In this document: piece by piece, positions 39,048-51,790 of the stretch
How the letters are laid out: each line of letters opens with the position of its first letter
Numbering within the stretch: the first letter of the stretch is position 1
NCBI RefSeq assembly: GCF_964204645.1
Contig: NC_134034.1
Span: forward strand, 3,489,814-3,553,813
Direction of reading: 5' to 3'
Source: Tubulanus polymorphus
Taxonomy: Eukaryota; Animalia; Nemertea
DNA: 64,000 bases
Made by a program: the position numbers and the translations under genes
The notes under the pieces: model-generated
The model's database searches: none
What the model saw: the letters and a program-made list of their open reading frames with translations, nothing else
Told to the model about the DNA's origin: nothing

Positions 39048-40554
39048 TGGCCGCATTCGGTATATAAGCAACAACTGTGGGTGATATCTATGAGCTAGTT
39101 TTACAATTTTATTGATTTATTCGTAGACAATTTACCTATTTTGCAAATAGTTGGGGTGGTTTACCAGTACGACAAACGGCGGGCGGGGTACATTAAAAAT
39201 TTGGTTGTATAGTTTTAACATCGACTGGTGGGCGCACAAAAACGCTGTCGTCAGTGCCTTTTTCTGTTAAGGTTAGAGAAAAACTGCTTTCGAATGTACA
39301 GCAACCCTAATTCAAGGTCAGCTATCTTGTATATACAAAGCGAAATACAAATTTTCGAATTTATTATGAAATAAAGTACAATTTGAAAAAGTATCTCCAC
39401 ATGGTTCCTATTTCATGGAAATTATGAAAAATGAATTATTAGTAAAGTGTATTATATATGGTTAACACAGTCATCGCTCGTTATACCGCCATTATACCGC
39501 CAAATTCATTGATTTCCTGCACAATTCATTTCGTATCTATATTTCTGTAAATAATAGCTCTCGTTATACCACCTTTCAACCCCCGCCACAACGCCAACGA
39601 AATCCTAGAACAGTACTATCCGAACTCATAGAGAAAACATTCATTATACCGCCAACGATCTTTCGTCAACGACGTTTCCTGTTTTTTTTTTAATGTTAAG
39701 AATTCATGCATGTGGTTAGCAGTATCACACGCGGTACCATTTTTTCTATTATCTGAATGAAATAAGCTAAGACCATTTTTACCCTATCCTGAATTAAGAT
39801 CGACTAATGTCGACTAATTCTGGATTTGGTTATTAGTCATGTTGAGTATACTATGTCGACTCTCATGGCCGCCACAATCGTTTTACTGCCACATTCTTCA
39901 GGCGCGGATCCAGAGAGGAGGTTTTAGGGGTCGTGACCCCTCCCCCTGCTCAGCTACCAAAATTTTTTTTATCGTTTTCTTGAAGGAATGTACTCAAGAC
40001 AAAACGGGCAGAGAGTACTACATAATCGAGTACCTTATTATGTTATGTTCGGCCAAACAATATGCCGTATAGGCCCCTCATTAGAGATTTTAGTCGGTAG
40101 TTTAATTAACATTAACATTTTTATGAACCCCCTCCTGGAAAAAAATCCTGGATCTTTTAACTGTTATTTTAACGGCCCTGGGACTGGCGTTACAACGAGC
40201 TTTACTGTAGACCTAAGCTGTGTGTTGAGTCGAAGTCGTGCGGATGCTTGTAGTGTTGCTGAATGATTACTGCAAGGTTGACGGAAGTGAGTCTAAAATG
40301 GACTGATAAACTCCGCTCGCTCTAAGGTTAATTATCACGTCCGCGCAAATTGCAGACGAGCCAAAATAGCGCGTTCAAGATAACAGTAATCTTACGATAA
40401 TTACACTAAATCGGCGCGAAGGGTCTTTCACCCTGTTGAATTGAAGGAATTAGCGCTGATTTATTTTTGTCACAAGCTGTACACGCGAGAATTGATCATT
40501 TGAATATAAAGGTGATATTTCAATATGAAAACTGTTGACGACAAGAGGAAAATA

Positions 40555-40850
40555 GGATTACTGCGGCAATCGGGGATTCCACGTATGGCAGGGGAGGATC
40601 CGCCAGGTGTCACTAGTGGTAACTCGGTTACCGCACTTCAATTTCTTCTACATTTCAAGTAAATTCGAATCAACCTTTCTCATTAGTAAAATCAATTTAT
40701 AATAAAACTCTACGATACACTTATTAGTAGAACGTCAATCTTATATCTATTTGATGACTTAATTGACAACATTTCCATTTGGGAGCCTTGAAATCCAGTT
40801 CAAAGTTCATGGAAAATGAATTGATTTTCATTACGTATAACTGAGTGTAT
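40555..40850 (+). repeat. Dispersed repeat: one 77-mer unit plus unique tail; shorter copies at 41383-41480 (+) and 33385-33470 (-)
   Basis: ggatccgccaggtgtcactagtggtaactcggttaccgcacttcaatttc shared among the copies. Confidence 0.75.
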
Positions 40851-43454
40851 TGTTTGTAGCGTCGTCCGGTTTGTGCCGATACCCCATATCCAACGATACA
40901 CATCTTTAGCCCTTCTGAGGACATAAACACGCGATATACTTACTATAGGTGCACGGCGTGGAGCTAAGAGCCTTAAGTAACATAAGAAGCTTGGAAGATT
41001 TTCTGACGCGTGGCCAGTCTTGTGCGATGGTCAGTCGAGCGTGATGACCAGATGTTTTGACCGGTTGGGTGCAGTATCCATCCAGTCAGGTGAAGTGAGT
41101 CAGGTGTGATTTCACATGTTTTCACCGCGAACCGTGGCGGTATACTCGATTTCTTTTTTATCTTAGTGACTTTTGACGTGGCTTCAAATGGCGCACCGCG
41201 CACAGGAAAAGTAATTACCGAAGGAAAAACACAACAGAATGCACACCGTCTAATGGTTTCTCTAATCAGCAATATATGGGGAGGGATTATCAAACGCTAA
41301 CGGAACAATCACGTGGCCTTTCAGTGTTCGTTTCTGTAGCGGCTTTTCCACGCGACGACCTCAGATATGGAATACCGGCACCGCTACTGTGGCAATCGAA
41401 GATTCCACGTACATGGCAGGCGAGGATCCGCCAGGTTCGCCGCTTGTGGTAACTCGGTTACAGCGCTTCAATTTCTTCTCCCGGATCTTGCGGGGTGATT
41501 CGGATTCGGATTGATCGCGCTGTCCGATATCCGACTATCGTCGCAGGACACCACCGGCCAGAAAACTAACATATTCATCGGTAGACAATCCTACACCCAC
41601 GGCAGAAGACCCGATGCGGGACAGAACAAAAACAAACAAAAAACGTTCCGTTAAGAAACGTTACAACCCGATAATACGATGCTTAAGACTAAGATCAACC
41701 GTTGAAGTATGAAATAGTCGGCGCATTGATAACAAATATGGACATCATAAATTTCGATAACTGATCTTATTCCCTAATGAAAATGGTACACGTGTATCTT
41801 AAAACATATTACACGTGTATTTCATTAAGTACAGACGTGTAAAATTGGCCCACTTAAACATTTATCCCCTAATGAAAATGGTACACGTATACAGAGCACT
41901 GCAAACCAGCCACCTTCAGTACAGGATGAACAAATTTCTAAACAAATATTTATTGTTAGGCATTAGTAAAGATCCAGGAATAGAGGCAGGGGCATGTCGA
42001 GAAAGGGTTATTTTCCGGGCTTCTGGGAGGAAATATTGCTTGAGGGGCATTTTGAGAAAGGCATTATTCCAGGGGTGGGAGGAAAAACATTGCTTGAATT
42101 TTAAATGTAAAGTTCAATCGGGATATATTAGGCTGACATTTAAGGAGCCGCGCATAGTTTCCCAACCAATCGAAGATGGATATTTTTATTAGTACATGTA
42201 AATAAACTGTCACGCGCGCTGAAAATGCACACTACACGTGACTTCGTCTTCAAATGATGACAACAACTCCGAAAATTATCGAATCCTATTTTCATCGAAA
42301 TTAGCGTAATTCTAAGTAGCGAACGGAAACGAACTCGAGACACTTGAGACACTTTTAATTGATAATAAACTTCAAACACCAGACATTAGACATTTATTTA
42401 ATCGGCATCATTTCAAAAAGTGTCCAGGACTTCGACATCATTGGAACATAATTGAAGGAGACATAATTGAAACTAAATTATAAACACTTGGTATTTCATC
42501 ATCTAACTTTCTTTAAGTCCGCACAAAAGATTACCAGATATCAAACAGCAAACGTCTGAAGATGATTCCAGATTGCTTTTTATGATGGAGAGTTCGAAGC
42601 CTCATTATTATTTGGAAGTGGCTTAATAGGTGGGATGACGTCATGACGCCACGGTACGCCACGCGTCAGATTATCTCCATCTAGACGAATTGAGTCTGCA
42701 GCAAATTGTCCTCCTGTTGGTTTCTGGAATCGGACGCGAATCTTTACGCGTGGAACTGTATAGGCGTACGCAGTGATCTTCATAGTTTTCGTCATAGTAT
42801 TTCCAGCAGTAGTTAGGAGTTGTTATCCCACCACGCAGTCAATGTGCCACATCGCTAACGTATCAAGTAAGTGATTTGTGTCAATATCTACTTCGGCAAT
42901 CAGGTTTCTACTAGGTGCGCTAGTAGTAAGTCGAGAATGTTCAGTTTTGGAATAGATTTAGTTTTTTTACACTGCCCACTGAGTTTTCTAGGTAATAAGC
43001 TGCGCTAACATTGGCCACGAGTATTTACGTTTAACACGAAATATTAGGCTTTCGCGTGCAAAATGGAATCGAACGATGGTATGACATTATCTATCTGCTT
43101 ATTTTGACATATTTACTTCATAATATTCATTTTTTTCTTAGAATTCCTTGTAAATTTCTTTTTTTAATTACTTTGTATCAACCGATACGACCGATGAATA
43201 GATACGTTCTTAAAAACTCGGGTACCTATGGTTCGATCTGTAATGAACGTAGATGACGAATTTGATGCCGTATTTCAAATGCAGCATTAATACGATCTTA
43301 GAAAAATGCCGACACGAACGTGCGTCATTGATAGACCAGACGCGTTAGAAATATCTAAAACTCGGTGAAAATTATTCAAATGATCCCGATTCACTACGTA
43401 CGCTGTTGTGACCCACAATATCCATTAACTTCTGTGTTACGTCATTTTTGCGTT

Positions 43455-43935
43455 AAGTGAATAATTGGTTTTAAAGTGACGTTAAGACACTTAACGTTAG
43501 AACGAAAAATTGATTTTAGAGTGGCGCAAAATGGAGAAGAAAAACTGGTCTTAACATGGCGTTAAATGAAAAAATAACTAGTTTTAAAGTGGCGTTAAAA
43601 TGAAAAGAACTGGTGTTTTAACGTGGCGTAAAATGGAAAGTTGATTATAACGTGGCGCTATGACGAGAAACAACTGGTTATAACGTGGCGTTTAAATGAA
43701 GCTGATTAAATAAAGCTGATTTTAACGTAGCGTTAAAATTTTAAAAAGTGGTTTCAACGTGGCGTTGAAATGGAAAAACAACTGGTTTTAACGTGGCGTT
43801 TAAATGGAAAAACAACTGGTTATAACGTGGTGTTAAGATGTGAAAAACAACTGCTTTTAACTAGTGTTGAAATGAAAAAAAAACTGGTTTAAACTAGAGT
43901 TGAAATGGAAAGTTGGTTATGATGTGGCGTCAAAA
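43455..43935. repeat. ~30-35-bp minisatellite
   Basis: Repeated aactggttttaacgtggcgttaaatgaaaaa. Confidence 0.9.
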
Positions 43936-44137
43936 ACGAAAAAGCCCGTATCAGCTACCATCTACACACGTGACAAAGATTGGATATTCTATTATGTTCC
44001 TGCGTCATTTCATTTTTTCCAATTCCAATAGACCTTCTGCGAACGACAATTTGCTCAATTTTGGAAGTACACGTATATACATTCTTCAGTTGGGTTATCC
44101 CTACTGTCTGTCACACCTGCTCTCCGTGCGACGTTTA

Positions 44138-44336
44138 GCCCAACGCACACGGCAAAACATTTGTTTCGCCGAAACAGAAAGCACGTTTTTCAGAAAACGT
44201 TTTCTGCTCGTGAAAAACGTTATTCAGTGCGGCGTTTTTTTTTTGTTTTGCCTCACCCGCACACGGCATAATAAAAAACATCGAAAACGTGTTTTCACGA
44301 GGAAAAACGTTTTTTCGGTGCCGTGTGCGTTAGGCT
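44138..44336. mobile_element. Harbinger-like MITE
   Basis: gcccaacgcacacggc...gccgtgtgcgttaggc TIR with internal aaaacgtttt repeats. Confidence 0.7.
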
Positions 44337-44344
44337 TTTTGGGC

Positions 44345-44770
44345 GTTACTTTCGTTAATAATCGGTTTATCTACATTTATTATGCATCAATTTGTTCAGT
44401 GAGGAATTCGCATTCAGAAATAAACAACGATTTTTGCTAAAGTTGTTTTTGTTTTCATTTATCAGCGATAGTTAAGTCAGCATACGCTCGCGTAATGATG
44501 AAAAATCCGCTCAGCGGACGCTCGGAAACGTTACAGTGACGTTATCACCTGCTCATTAGCATAACAAAATACAGTAGGTGGCGCCACGTGACGGGTTGCA
44601 AAAGCCGTTTTTTCAGCATTGCGTGCGCGTATGCTAGGTAAACAATCACCGAAAGATGAATACACAAACAAATTAATGCCAATTCATGATTTATTTCTGA
44701 ATGCAAATATCTAACTGAACAAATTGATGCATAATATTCACAGATTAATTGATTATTAACGAAATTACGG
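44345..44770. mobile_element. Foldback element with long imperfect TIRs
   Basis: ttcgttaataatc...attatgcatcaatttgttcagt...gcattcagaaataaa versus its reverse complement at 44688-44765. Confidence 0.7.
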
Positions 44771-44921
44771 ACCAAAACGTCGCCCGGAGAGCAGGTGTGA
44801 CTTACAATAAATACCCTGAGCTTCCCCGAAATCGACCCTTCTACAAAAAAGGTCACCGTTTTACGAATCAACAGTCGTTATATAATTTGTTTTCGTCATT
44901 TTCAGTATAAGATTGTGTAAG

Positions 44922-45986
44922 ATGTCATCCGGAAATCAGACGATGACCGACTGGGTGTCGACATACATCGCCAGCGCTATTCAAGACTTCCCCAGGGCGC
45001 CGGCAAGCGAGTTCAGTCGCCAATTGTATTTGTACGCGTGCCCGATCGTTTTCGTGACGGGAATCGTCGGGAATTTCCTCTCGTTTTGTACTATGTGCAC
45101 GAAACAGATGCGAAATCGAAGTTACAGCCTCTACCTGGCCGCGTTAGCAGTTTACGACACTACCGTTCTCCTGTTTTCGGCCGTCGTCTGGGTGAACGTC
45201 GTCGTCTATTACCACAAGGCGGCGCTAGTGTTCAAGATACAGTCTCGTCTGGCCTGCATGCTGGCCGAATACTCGTTCGACGTTCTGTACATTATGAGCT
45301 CGTGGACGATTGTCGCCGTGACATTCGATCGATTCGTCGTGATCGTCTTCCCGATCAAAGGTCGCCAGATGAGCTCGACTAAGATGGCCGCTGTACTGCT
45401 CACGGTCATCGCGATTATTGCCCTATCGGTCGGTAGCTTTCACCTAGTTGCTACGGAATACGACCCGCTATTCGGGTGCTACTATACCGGAGCGAATCGC
45501 GGTATCGCCTGGGTGCGCGGCGCTCTGATGGTTACGCATATTCCGTTCGTAACGATCGCCATTTTGAATTGCGTTATAGTTATAGTGATGCATCGTTCGA
45601 TAAGATTAACTACGAACGATATGAAGTCGAAACGTATCCGCCGGGCCACCGTAACAGTCCTGGCCGTTTCGACTATGTTTCTATTCTGCGTGTTTCCGAT
45701 GGGTTTGCTTTCCAGTTTGGTTGCTATCAACCCCAGCATGGCGCCGTCCTTCGGAACAGCCTTCGACATAGCTAGATTGATACTGAGCGTTAACAACTGC
45801 ATCAATTTTTACGTTTATGTACTGACTGGGCAAGAGATTCGCTTGGCGGTTTTGGAACTATTGAAATACTGGTCACGATTGTTGGGTTGCTGTTGGCAAC
45901 AGTCCCGAACGTCGAGGAGGAACTCACTGAATATTTACACCACGTCGACATCTTTTACAGCTAGCACCAGCCGGGTATCGACGTAG
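44922..45986 (+). CDS. Class A GPCR with intronless CDS, FMRFamide/peptide-receptor-like, ~354 aa
   Basis: GIVGN (TM1), YLAALAVYD (TM2), SSWTIVAVTFDRFVVIVFP (TM3), P in TM5 and TM6, NNCINFYVY (TM7). Acceptor tttcag at 44905 implies a 5'UTR intron; first ATG at 44922. Confidence 0.92.
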   Translation: MSSGNQTMTDWVSTYIASAIQDFPRAPASEFSRQLYLYACPIVFVTGIVGNFLSFCTMCTKQMRNRSYSLYLAALAVYDTTVLLFSAVVWVNVVVYYHKAALVFKIQSRLACMLAEYSFDVLYIMSSWTIVAVTFDRFVVIVFPIKGRQMSSTKMAAVLLTVIAIIALSVGSFHLVATEYDPLFGCYYTGANRGIAWVRGALMVTHIPFVTIAILNCVIVIVMHRSIRLTTNDMKSKRIRRATVTVLAVSTMFLFCVFPMGLLSSLVAINPSMAPSFGTAFDIARLILSVNNCINFYVYVLTGQEIRLAVLELLKYWSRLLGCCWQQSRTSRRNSLNIYTTSTSFTASTSRVST

Positions 45987-46008
45987 ACGTTTGAATGGGG
46001 GTATACCG

Positions 46009-46225
46009 ACTACCGCGGCAATTAAGGATTCCTCTCTAGTGGCAAGTGAAGATCCACCAGGTGTCACCAGTGTGCAATAGGACATCAACTACCGCGGCAA
46101 TTTAGGTGTCTTCTCTTGTAGCAGGTGAGGATCCGCCAGGTGTCACTAGTGTGCAGTAGGACATCAACTACAGCGGCGATGGGATCCCACCTGTAACAAG
46201 GAAGGATCGACCAGGTGTCGCTAGT
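46009..46225 (+). repeat. 77-bp minisatellite array 5 (~3 units) just after the GPCR stop codon, ending in the element tail
   Basis: Same unit; followed by a degenerate tail (...acttctctatatttcaattc). Confidence 0.9.
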
Positions 46226-46549
46226 ATTTAGTCGGTCTCCCACACCATTTATACTTCTCTATATTTCAATTCAAGACCCCAAACTTTTTCCTTGCGTATT
46301 TAAATGAATTATATATGAAATATACTAAATTAAAATATAAATTATTGAATAAATGAAAACCGGACCTTTTTCCAAACACAAAGTAGACAATTCAATTTCA
46401 TTGCTTTGTGAATTCTGAAAATCAAACTAAAGGTGATTGAAAATGGACTAATTGTAACTAAAGCAAATTTGACTACAATCTAAATTAGTTTTTCGCTTGT
46501 CCCCAATTTAGTTCCTCAAATTCCTCGTACATTCCCGAAGTTGCCGGCA

Positions 46550-46592
46550 TGTGCGTGTGCGTGTGCGTGTGCGTGTGTGTGTGTGTGTGTAT
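46550..46592. repeat. (GTGTGC)n/(GT)n microsatellite
   Basis: Seen directly. Confidence 0.9.
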
Positions 46593-46747
46593 GTACTACG
46601 ATGTTGTGTGGGGTGTTTGACTTTGATCCACTAATTTTATGAGATGTAGAAATAAGCGCAAATTTCTAAACAAGTATCGATTGCAGAAATTGATACGCAG
46701 ATCTAGAATTCACGAGTAGAGCTGGGGGTGTTGAGAAATTACGAGGC

Positions 46748-47045
46748 AGGGGCGGATTTAGACCGTGTCGACCGTGTGGCCCCCCACGGTCGGAGTTTTA
46801 TAGTGCCTTTTCATTTTTTCTCTGTATCAAAATTTGCTGTTGTAACCACCTGAGATACACAATAGATATTTTTCCTAAATACATAACCCATGTTCCTTGA
46901 CTAAATGCGTCTCAGAGATGCTCAGAAAGCTCTAAAATGATAGTAAAATTTCAAAGATTTTGCTGATATGCCTTTCCGCCCTAAATTTAGATATGCCCTT
47001 TTAATTGGTCGACGTGGCCACAACATGCCCCTGGATCCGCCCCTG
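46748..47045. mobile_element. hAT-like MITE; its internal ~200 bp recurs inverted at 50922-51120
   Basis: caggggcggatt...gatccgcccctg termini; near-identical inverted copy 4 kb away. Confidence 0.7.
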
Positions 47046-47197
47046 CGAGAGGTATCCTTACTCCTTTGGAAATCACCTTTACCGCCTCGCAATTACTGAC
47101 TCCTTAATTTTTGAACCCACGGAAGACCGGTATTCTGCTAGTTATAGGTATAGTAAGTATGCATGAACAGCGAAGCGAGTAGTGCTTTAACGGTTTA

Positions 47198-47485
47198 AAT
47201 ATTTTATTTGGCGCACGAGCTTAAGCTTCTCATTCATCACCTGATGAAGCTTAGGCCACACCAAAAATAAATCATGTTTCTCGGGTCGGGCAATTTTTGA
47301 AAAAAGTTATTTCACCCCAATTTTGAAAAAGGGTCGGTAGGCAATTATATTTCATTCTGAAAATGATTATTTGAAACGACGAAATATCGGGTCGGTCGGG
47401 CCCGAGAAACAGGGTTTTCTTTTGGTGTGGCCTTATGAACTATTTCACCGTAGCGAAAGCGCGTGCGTCAAAATGAAATACTAGT
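47198..47485 (+). mobile_element. Second Penelope-like pLTR/hammerhead family, split by a MITE
   Basis: Removing the MITE gives cac-CTGATGA-agct...agc-GAAAG-CGC-gtg. An upstream inverted partial copy reads aagCTCgtgcgccaaataaa. Confidence 0.6.
47254..47432. mobile_element. PIF/Harbinger-like MITE with TTA TSD
   Basis: TTA|ggccacaccaaaa...ttttggtgtggcc|TTA. Confidence 0.9.
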
Positions 47486-50400
47486 TACCAATTTAAGTAC
47501 AACTCCTGTGTTTCTCCTACACCCAGTTATAACACGGCCCCTCTACGAAGTACAGTTTTTAATCACCTTTTCTTTTCATTGAATTATGGCAACATTTTTG
47601 GGGGACATCTTTTTCATTCTGTGAACGATTTTTGTCTTGAAGCTACGCAGTAACCTAACTGTGTTCTCGTGTCACCTCCTGCGAACGGCAGACGTCCTGT
47701 CGCGCAAGAAAGACCCGGATGCACCGGGCGGCTGTAAACGACGTCGATTTATTTTCGTCTGAATTTGATTCGAAAATAGAAATGTTTAGAAATAATTTAC
47801 GCGTTGTAATCGATTTGTTCCGGTTGCCGTCGCGAGTGGTGACGACAATTCGATATGCAATCGGAGAAAACATAACCGATTAATCATCCGCAGACGACTA
47901 CGTGAAAGCCAGGTTTTATGCAGGTGATATTTTAACGCGTGGAACGCACTACAGATGCATTAAAAAACACGGACGAAGTTTTGTCGTCAGTGCGATGATT
48001 AAAGATCGACTTTCAAACGACTCGAATTAAACGGGATATTCCGCACTAATTCAGAAGGCAAACCCATTGTTCCATTGATGAATAGGACAAATTCTTGGTT
48101 TTCAATGACTGCGTGAATCGTATCAGATTCCAAAGTAGTCTATATCCTGGAGCAAAACACGAGATTCGAGGTTTAGTAAGAATCTAAGCTACGCATTTAA
48201 GTGGTTCGCCCCGCATGCCTAACCTAACGTTAGAAATAAACAAACTTCTATAGATTAGAGGTGTCCCGATGCCAGGTATACCAGTATAACGGAACCGAAT
48301 TTCACAAGGAGTCCGCCACCGTACCAATCCAGGAAAAACAGTTCCAAGAGATCCTCGATTTTATTATCGATTTGTCTCTCAGTGCCCACAGGACAACGTT
48401 TCATACATACGTGTATAACAGTTAACCATCATCTCTTCTATTTGTGTAACAAAAACAGCTTTATTGGGAGCCCTGCTGTTGATTTAAGGTACTATTTTTG
48501 ACACTGCGCGTCTCGGGACCTATAGTGTCCTCTCATTCCGTGTAACTCATCAAACAACTTTACAGTTTTCCTACTTTAAATTTCAGTTATTAATCACCTT
48601 TTTTCTATTTTCGTAGAACTATGGCAACATTTTTGTTTTCTCATTCTGTGTACTTTTTTGTCTCGAAGCTACTCAATAACCTAAGTGTGAAAGAGATTTT
48701 GTTAGCGTACTGTCTTCTGCCCTGCATTGATGGGACGCTTTTTCCTCTTCCCTGAAATCCACTTGTGATGCATGTTTTATCGTAATCGCTGGTTGTTTGA
48801 TGTATTTTGACAACTTTTGCAATATTTCAACCATGCGAATGACCGGTTTTCGGAAAGGTTAAAATCTATATTTCTCTAACTTTCAACAATGCGCTATAGA
48901 AAACTGTCGCCGATTTTTGCCCCTGGCGTAAATTTTGGGTAATAGTCAATAATTTCAATAGTTATAATAAGCTCCTCTATTATTAGTTAGCTTTGGAGTT
49001 CGTTATTTTGCAAGATAATTTCCAAAAAGATACATCAGCATCTGTGCTCATCAATGCCCCTTTCTAGTAAACAATTAGATGGTATATCTTGCTTAAAAAG
49101 AATACGTCAAATACGCTCCTTGTAGTTTTTCATCTTGCTTTGGGTTTTTCGTCGTCTAGTCGGTGTTGTTTATCTTTGTATCTGGAACGCGAGTGAACGG
49201 TACGACTTTAGAACGACCGAAAATAATTCTATTTCGAAAGAGATCAAGATATAAAACCGTCTGTAGGCCTGAGCCTACTGTATTTCAATTTATTTCAATG
49301 TGTGAAAGTGTTAGCTTGCGCGCGTGCGCGTTAGGCACGCCATAGTCTCAAGTTAATGTGTCGAAAAAAAAACGTTATATTTTTGCTGTCGTATTTTCAT
49401 GATCAATAAAGTGTCATTCTGTCTTGACAAAAAGTGCGAGCCTTTTCGTTTGAAACTTTAACTCGTTACTCGGGGTGATGGAAGTCAACGATTAGATTAA
49501 AGGAATACACCCAGCTGCGACAGAGCCGCGGGCATCGGCCCTTATATCCGCTACCGAATACCTTTAACAAAGCTATTTTCGGTCCTATTCGCGAAGGAGG
49601 TTACAGGTGGAGACATGGAAATTGATACAAAAACAAAGGTGACGAGCAGTAACATGACAGTGAGACAAACAACAATTAACGCATTAGACACAGACACACT
49701 GTCTCAAGAAACAAAGAGCTAATATAGCTGCAAAGCAACGATAACGGGTTTTCTGCACAGTCTTAGAATCCTGTTCAACGGTGGATTTCGACAAAGCAAA
49801 ACAAAGAGCTATTACACGTAGAAATTTAAACATAAAAGGAATTTTAAATATAGATGAAATGTATACAACAATTATGATGGACATTTAGTGATGTTAGATA
49901 CCTCCAGGGAGTCTAATATAATTGGAAATTCCAACACAACTGTGGCAATCGAGGACTCTACCTGTAGTAAGCAAACATCATACTTGTTTTACCGTTCAAA
50001 TGCCTTAGGGGAGCGTCCAAAAATTACGTACCTCTAATTTGGGGGAGGGGGGTTACTGAATTTTGGTACAAAGTGGTACATGGGGGAGGGGGTCAGCAAA
50101 AAAGGTACGTACTTTGAGGGAGGGGTATTTATCAATCTTGATACGTTCTTTATGCACCAAACTCAAATGAAAATAGCCGATACCACTGGGTCTAGTTCCA
50201 CAGTTCTGAGTTAAGATTTGACCCTGGGTTAAAACATTGAAAATGAACTAACTTTAACTCAGAGTTAACTCTAACTCACAACTGTGGAACTGGGTCCTGG
50301 TGTTTTATCGCGGCTTTTAGTGACTTGTTCAAGTGACTTGTAGTAGACTTCAACTAGGAATTCCCCATACGGGTACGCATCGATCTTTCACGCACTTGTT

Positions 50401-51454
50401 GGCATCAGGTATTTATATTTTTCATATTTTGTTTTGAGTTGTGTTCTTTGCATCAATATAATTGGGGGGGGGGTCATGGGTACCATGGTACGTAACTATG
50501 AGGGGGGTCAACGAATTTGGTACAAAGGTGGTACAAGGGGAGGGGGAGGTTTTGAGGTACGTAATGTCTGGACGCTCCCTAGTAGAAAAAATGTATTTCA
50601 AAGTCGATTCAAAAGAACTGATTTAACAACGATAGATTTAGATTTAGGTCTAAATTCGTTTAAAACTCGTGGTGTTTGGAGGAAAACAAGTATTTACATA
50701 ATTACATAAAACAGAAAAAACAAAAGCATCTTAAAACGTATTTTAATCAATTTAGCTTTTTCTTGTTTGGATTTTGTTAATCGAAGTACCGATACAGTAT
50801 AATAGAGTTTTATTCAACTCAGTACTTAAGCCTACATGTATCACAGTCCAGTCTCCGTCACGAGAACCTGGATCCGAGGCCAAAGACCCTTGGCTGCAAG
50901 AAGACCAATAGGTATTCAAACTTATATCTAAATTTAGGGCGGAAAGGCATATCAGCAAAATCTTTGAAATTTTACTATCATTTTAGAGCTTTCTGAGCAT
51001 CTCTGAGACGCATTTAGTCAAGGAACATGGGTTATGTATTTAGGAAAAATATCTATTGTGTATCTCAGGTGGTTACAACGGCAAATTTTGATACAGAGAA
51101 AAAATAAAAAGGCACTATAAAAAGATTTCTTTTATTGACTGCCAAATGCTTGTCACCCCATCTCGATAGCGAGGTAACTGATGTTGTGGTTCCCTATAAT
51201 TTGTGTGTGAATGCGTGATTTAAATTATACATTATAACTCAATACTGAATGTCTGAAATGCTATTAAAACGGTTGTCAAGAAAAAAAGAGATTCGATAGA
51301 CTGCGAATTGTTGTGTTAAGCAAACAAAGGCTCCCGTATCAATGTTTGTCCGTTTAGTTAGAAACAACAAGCCTGGAGTCATTTATTAAATACTACGGTT
51401 ATAAGGACCGAAGGGCCTCAAGGATTAATCAAATTTCAATGTACAATGTCGTCG

Positions 51455-51790
51455 TGGTTCAAGTGGTGGTAGGGGCGGCAGCGGTGGCGGTGGCAGCGGT
51501 GGTGGTTGGGATGATGGCAGCGGTGGTGGTGGGGTTGATGGTGATGGTTGCAGTGGTGGCAGTGGCGACGGCGGTCGTGGTCGTGTGGTTGCAGCGGCGG
51601 TTTTGGTAGATGCAGGAGTGGTGGTGGGGCAGCTGCGGTGGTGGTGGTGGTGGTGGTGGTTGCAGTGGTGGCAGTGGCGACGGCGGTGACGGTGGTTGTG
51701 AAGGCAGCGGTGGTTGTGGTGGTGGCGGCAGCGGTGGTGGTGGTCGTGGCAGCTATGATGGCGGTGGGGGCGGTGGCTTCGGTGGTGCTA
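51455..51790. repeat. (GGT/GGC)n degenerate trinucleotide low-complexity tract
   Basis: Seen directly; it creates spurious ORFs in several frames. Confidence 0.9.

Noticed and set aside
43913-44871. 175-aa and 108-aa ORFs
   Set aside because: They lie over minisatellite and MITE sequence with no protein-like features
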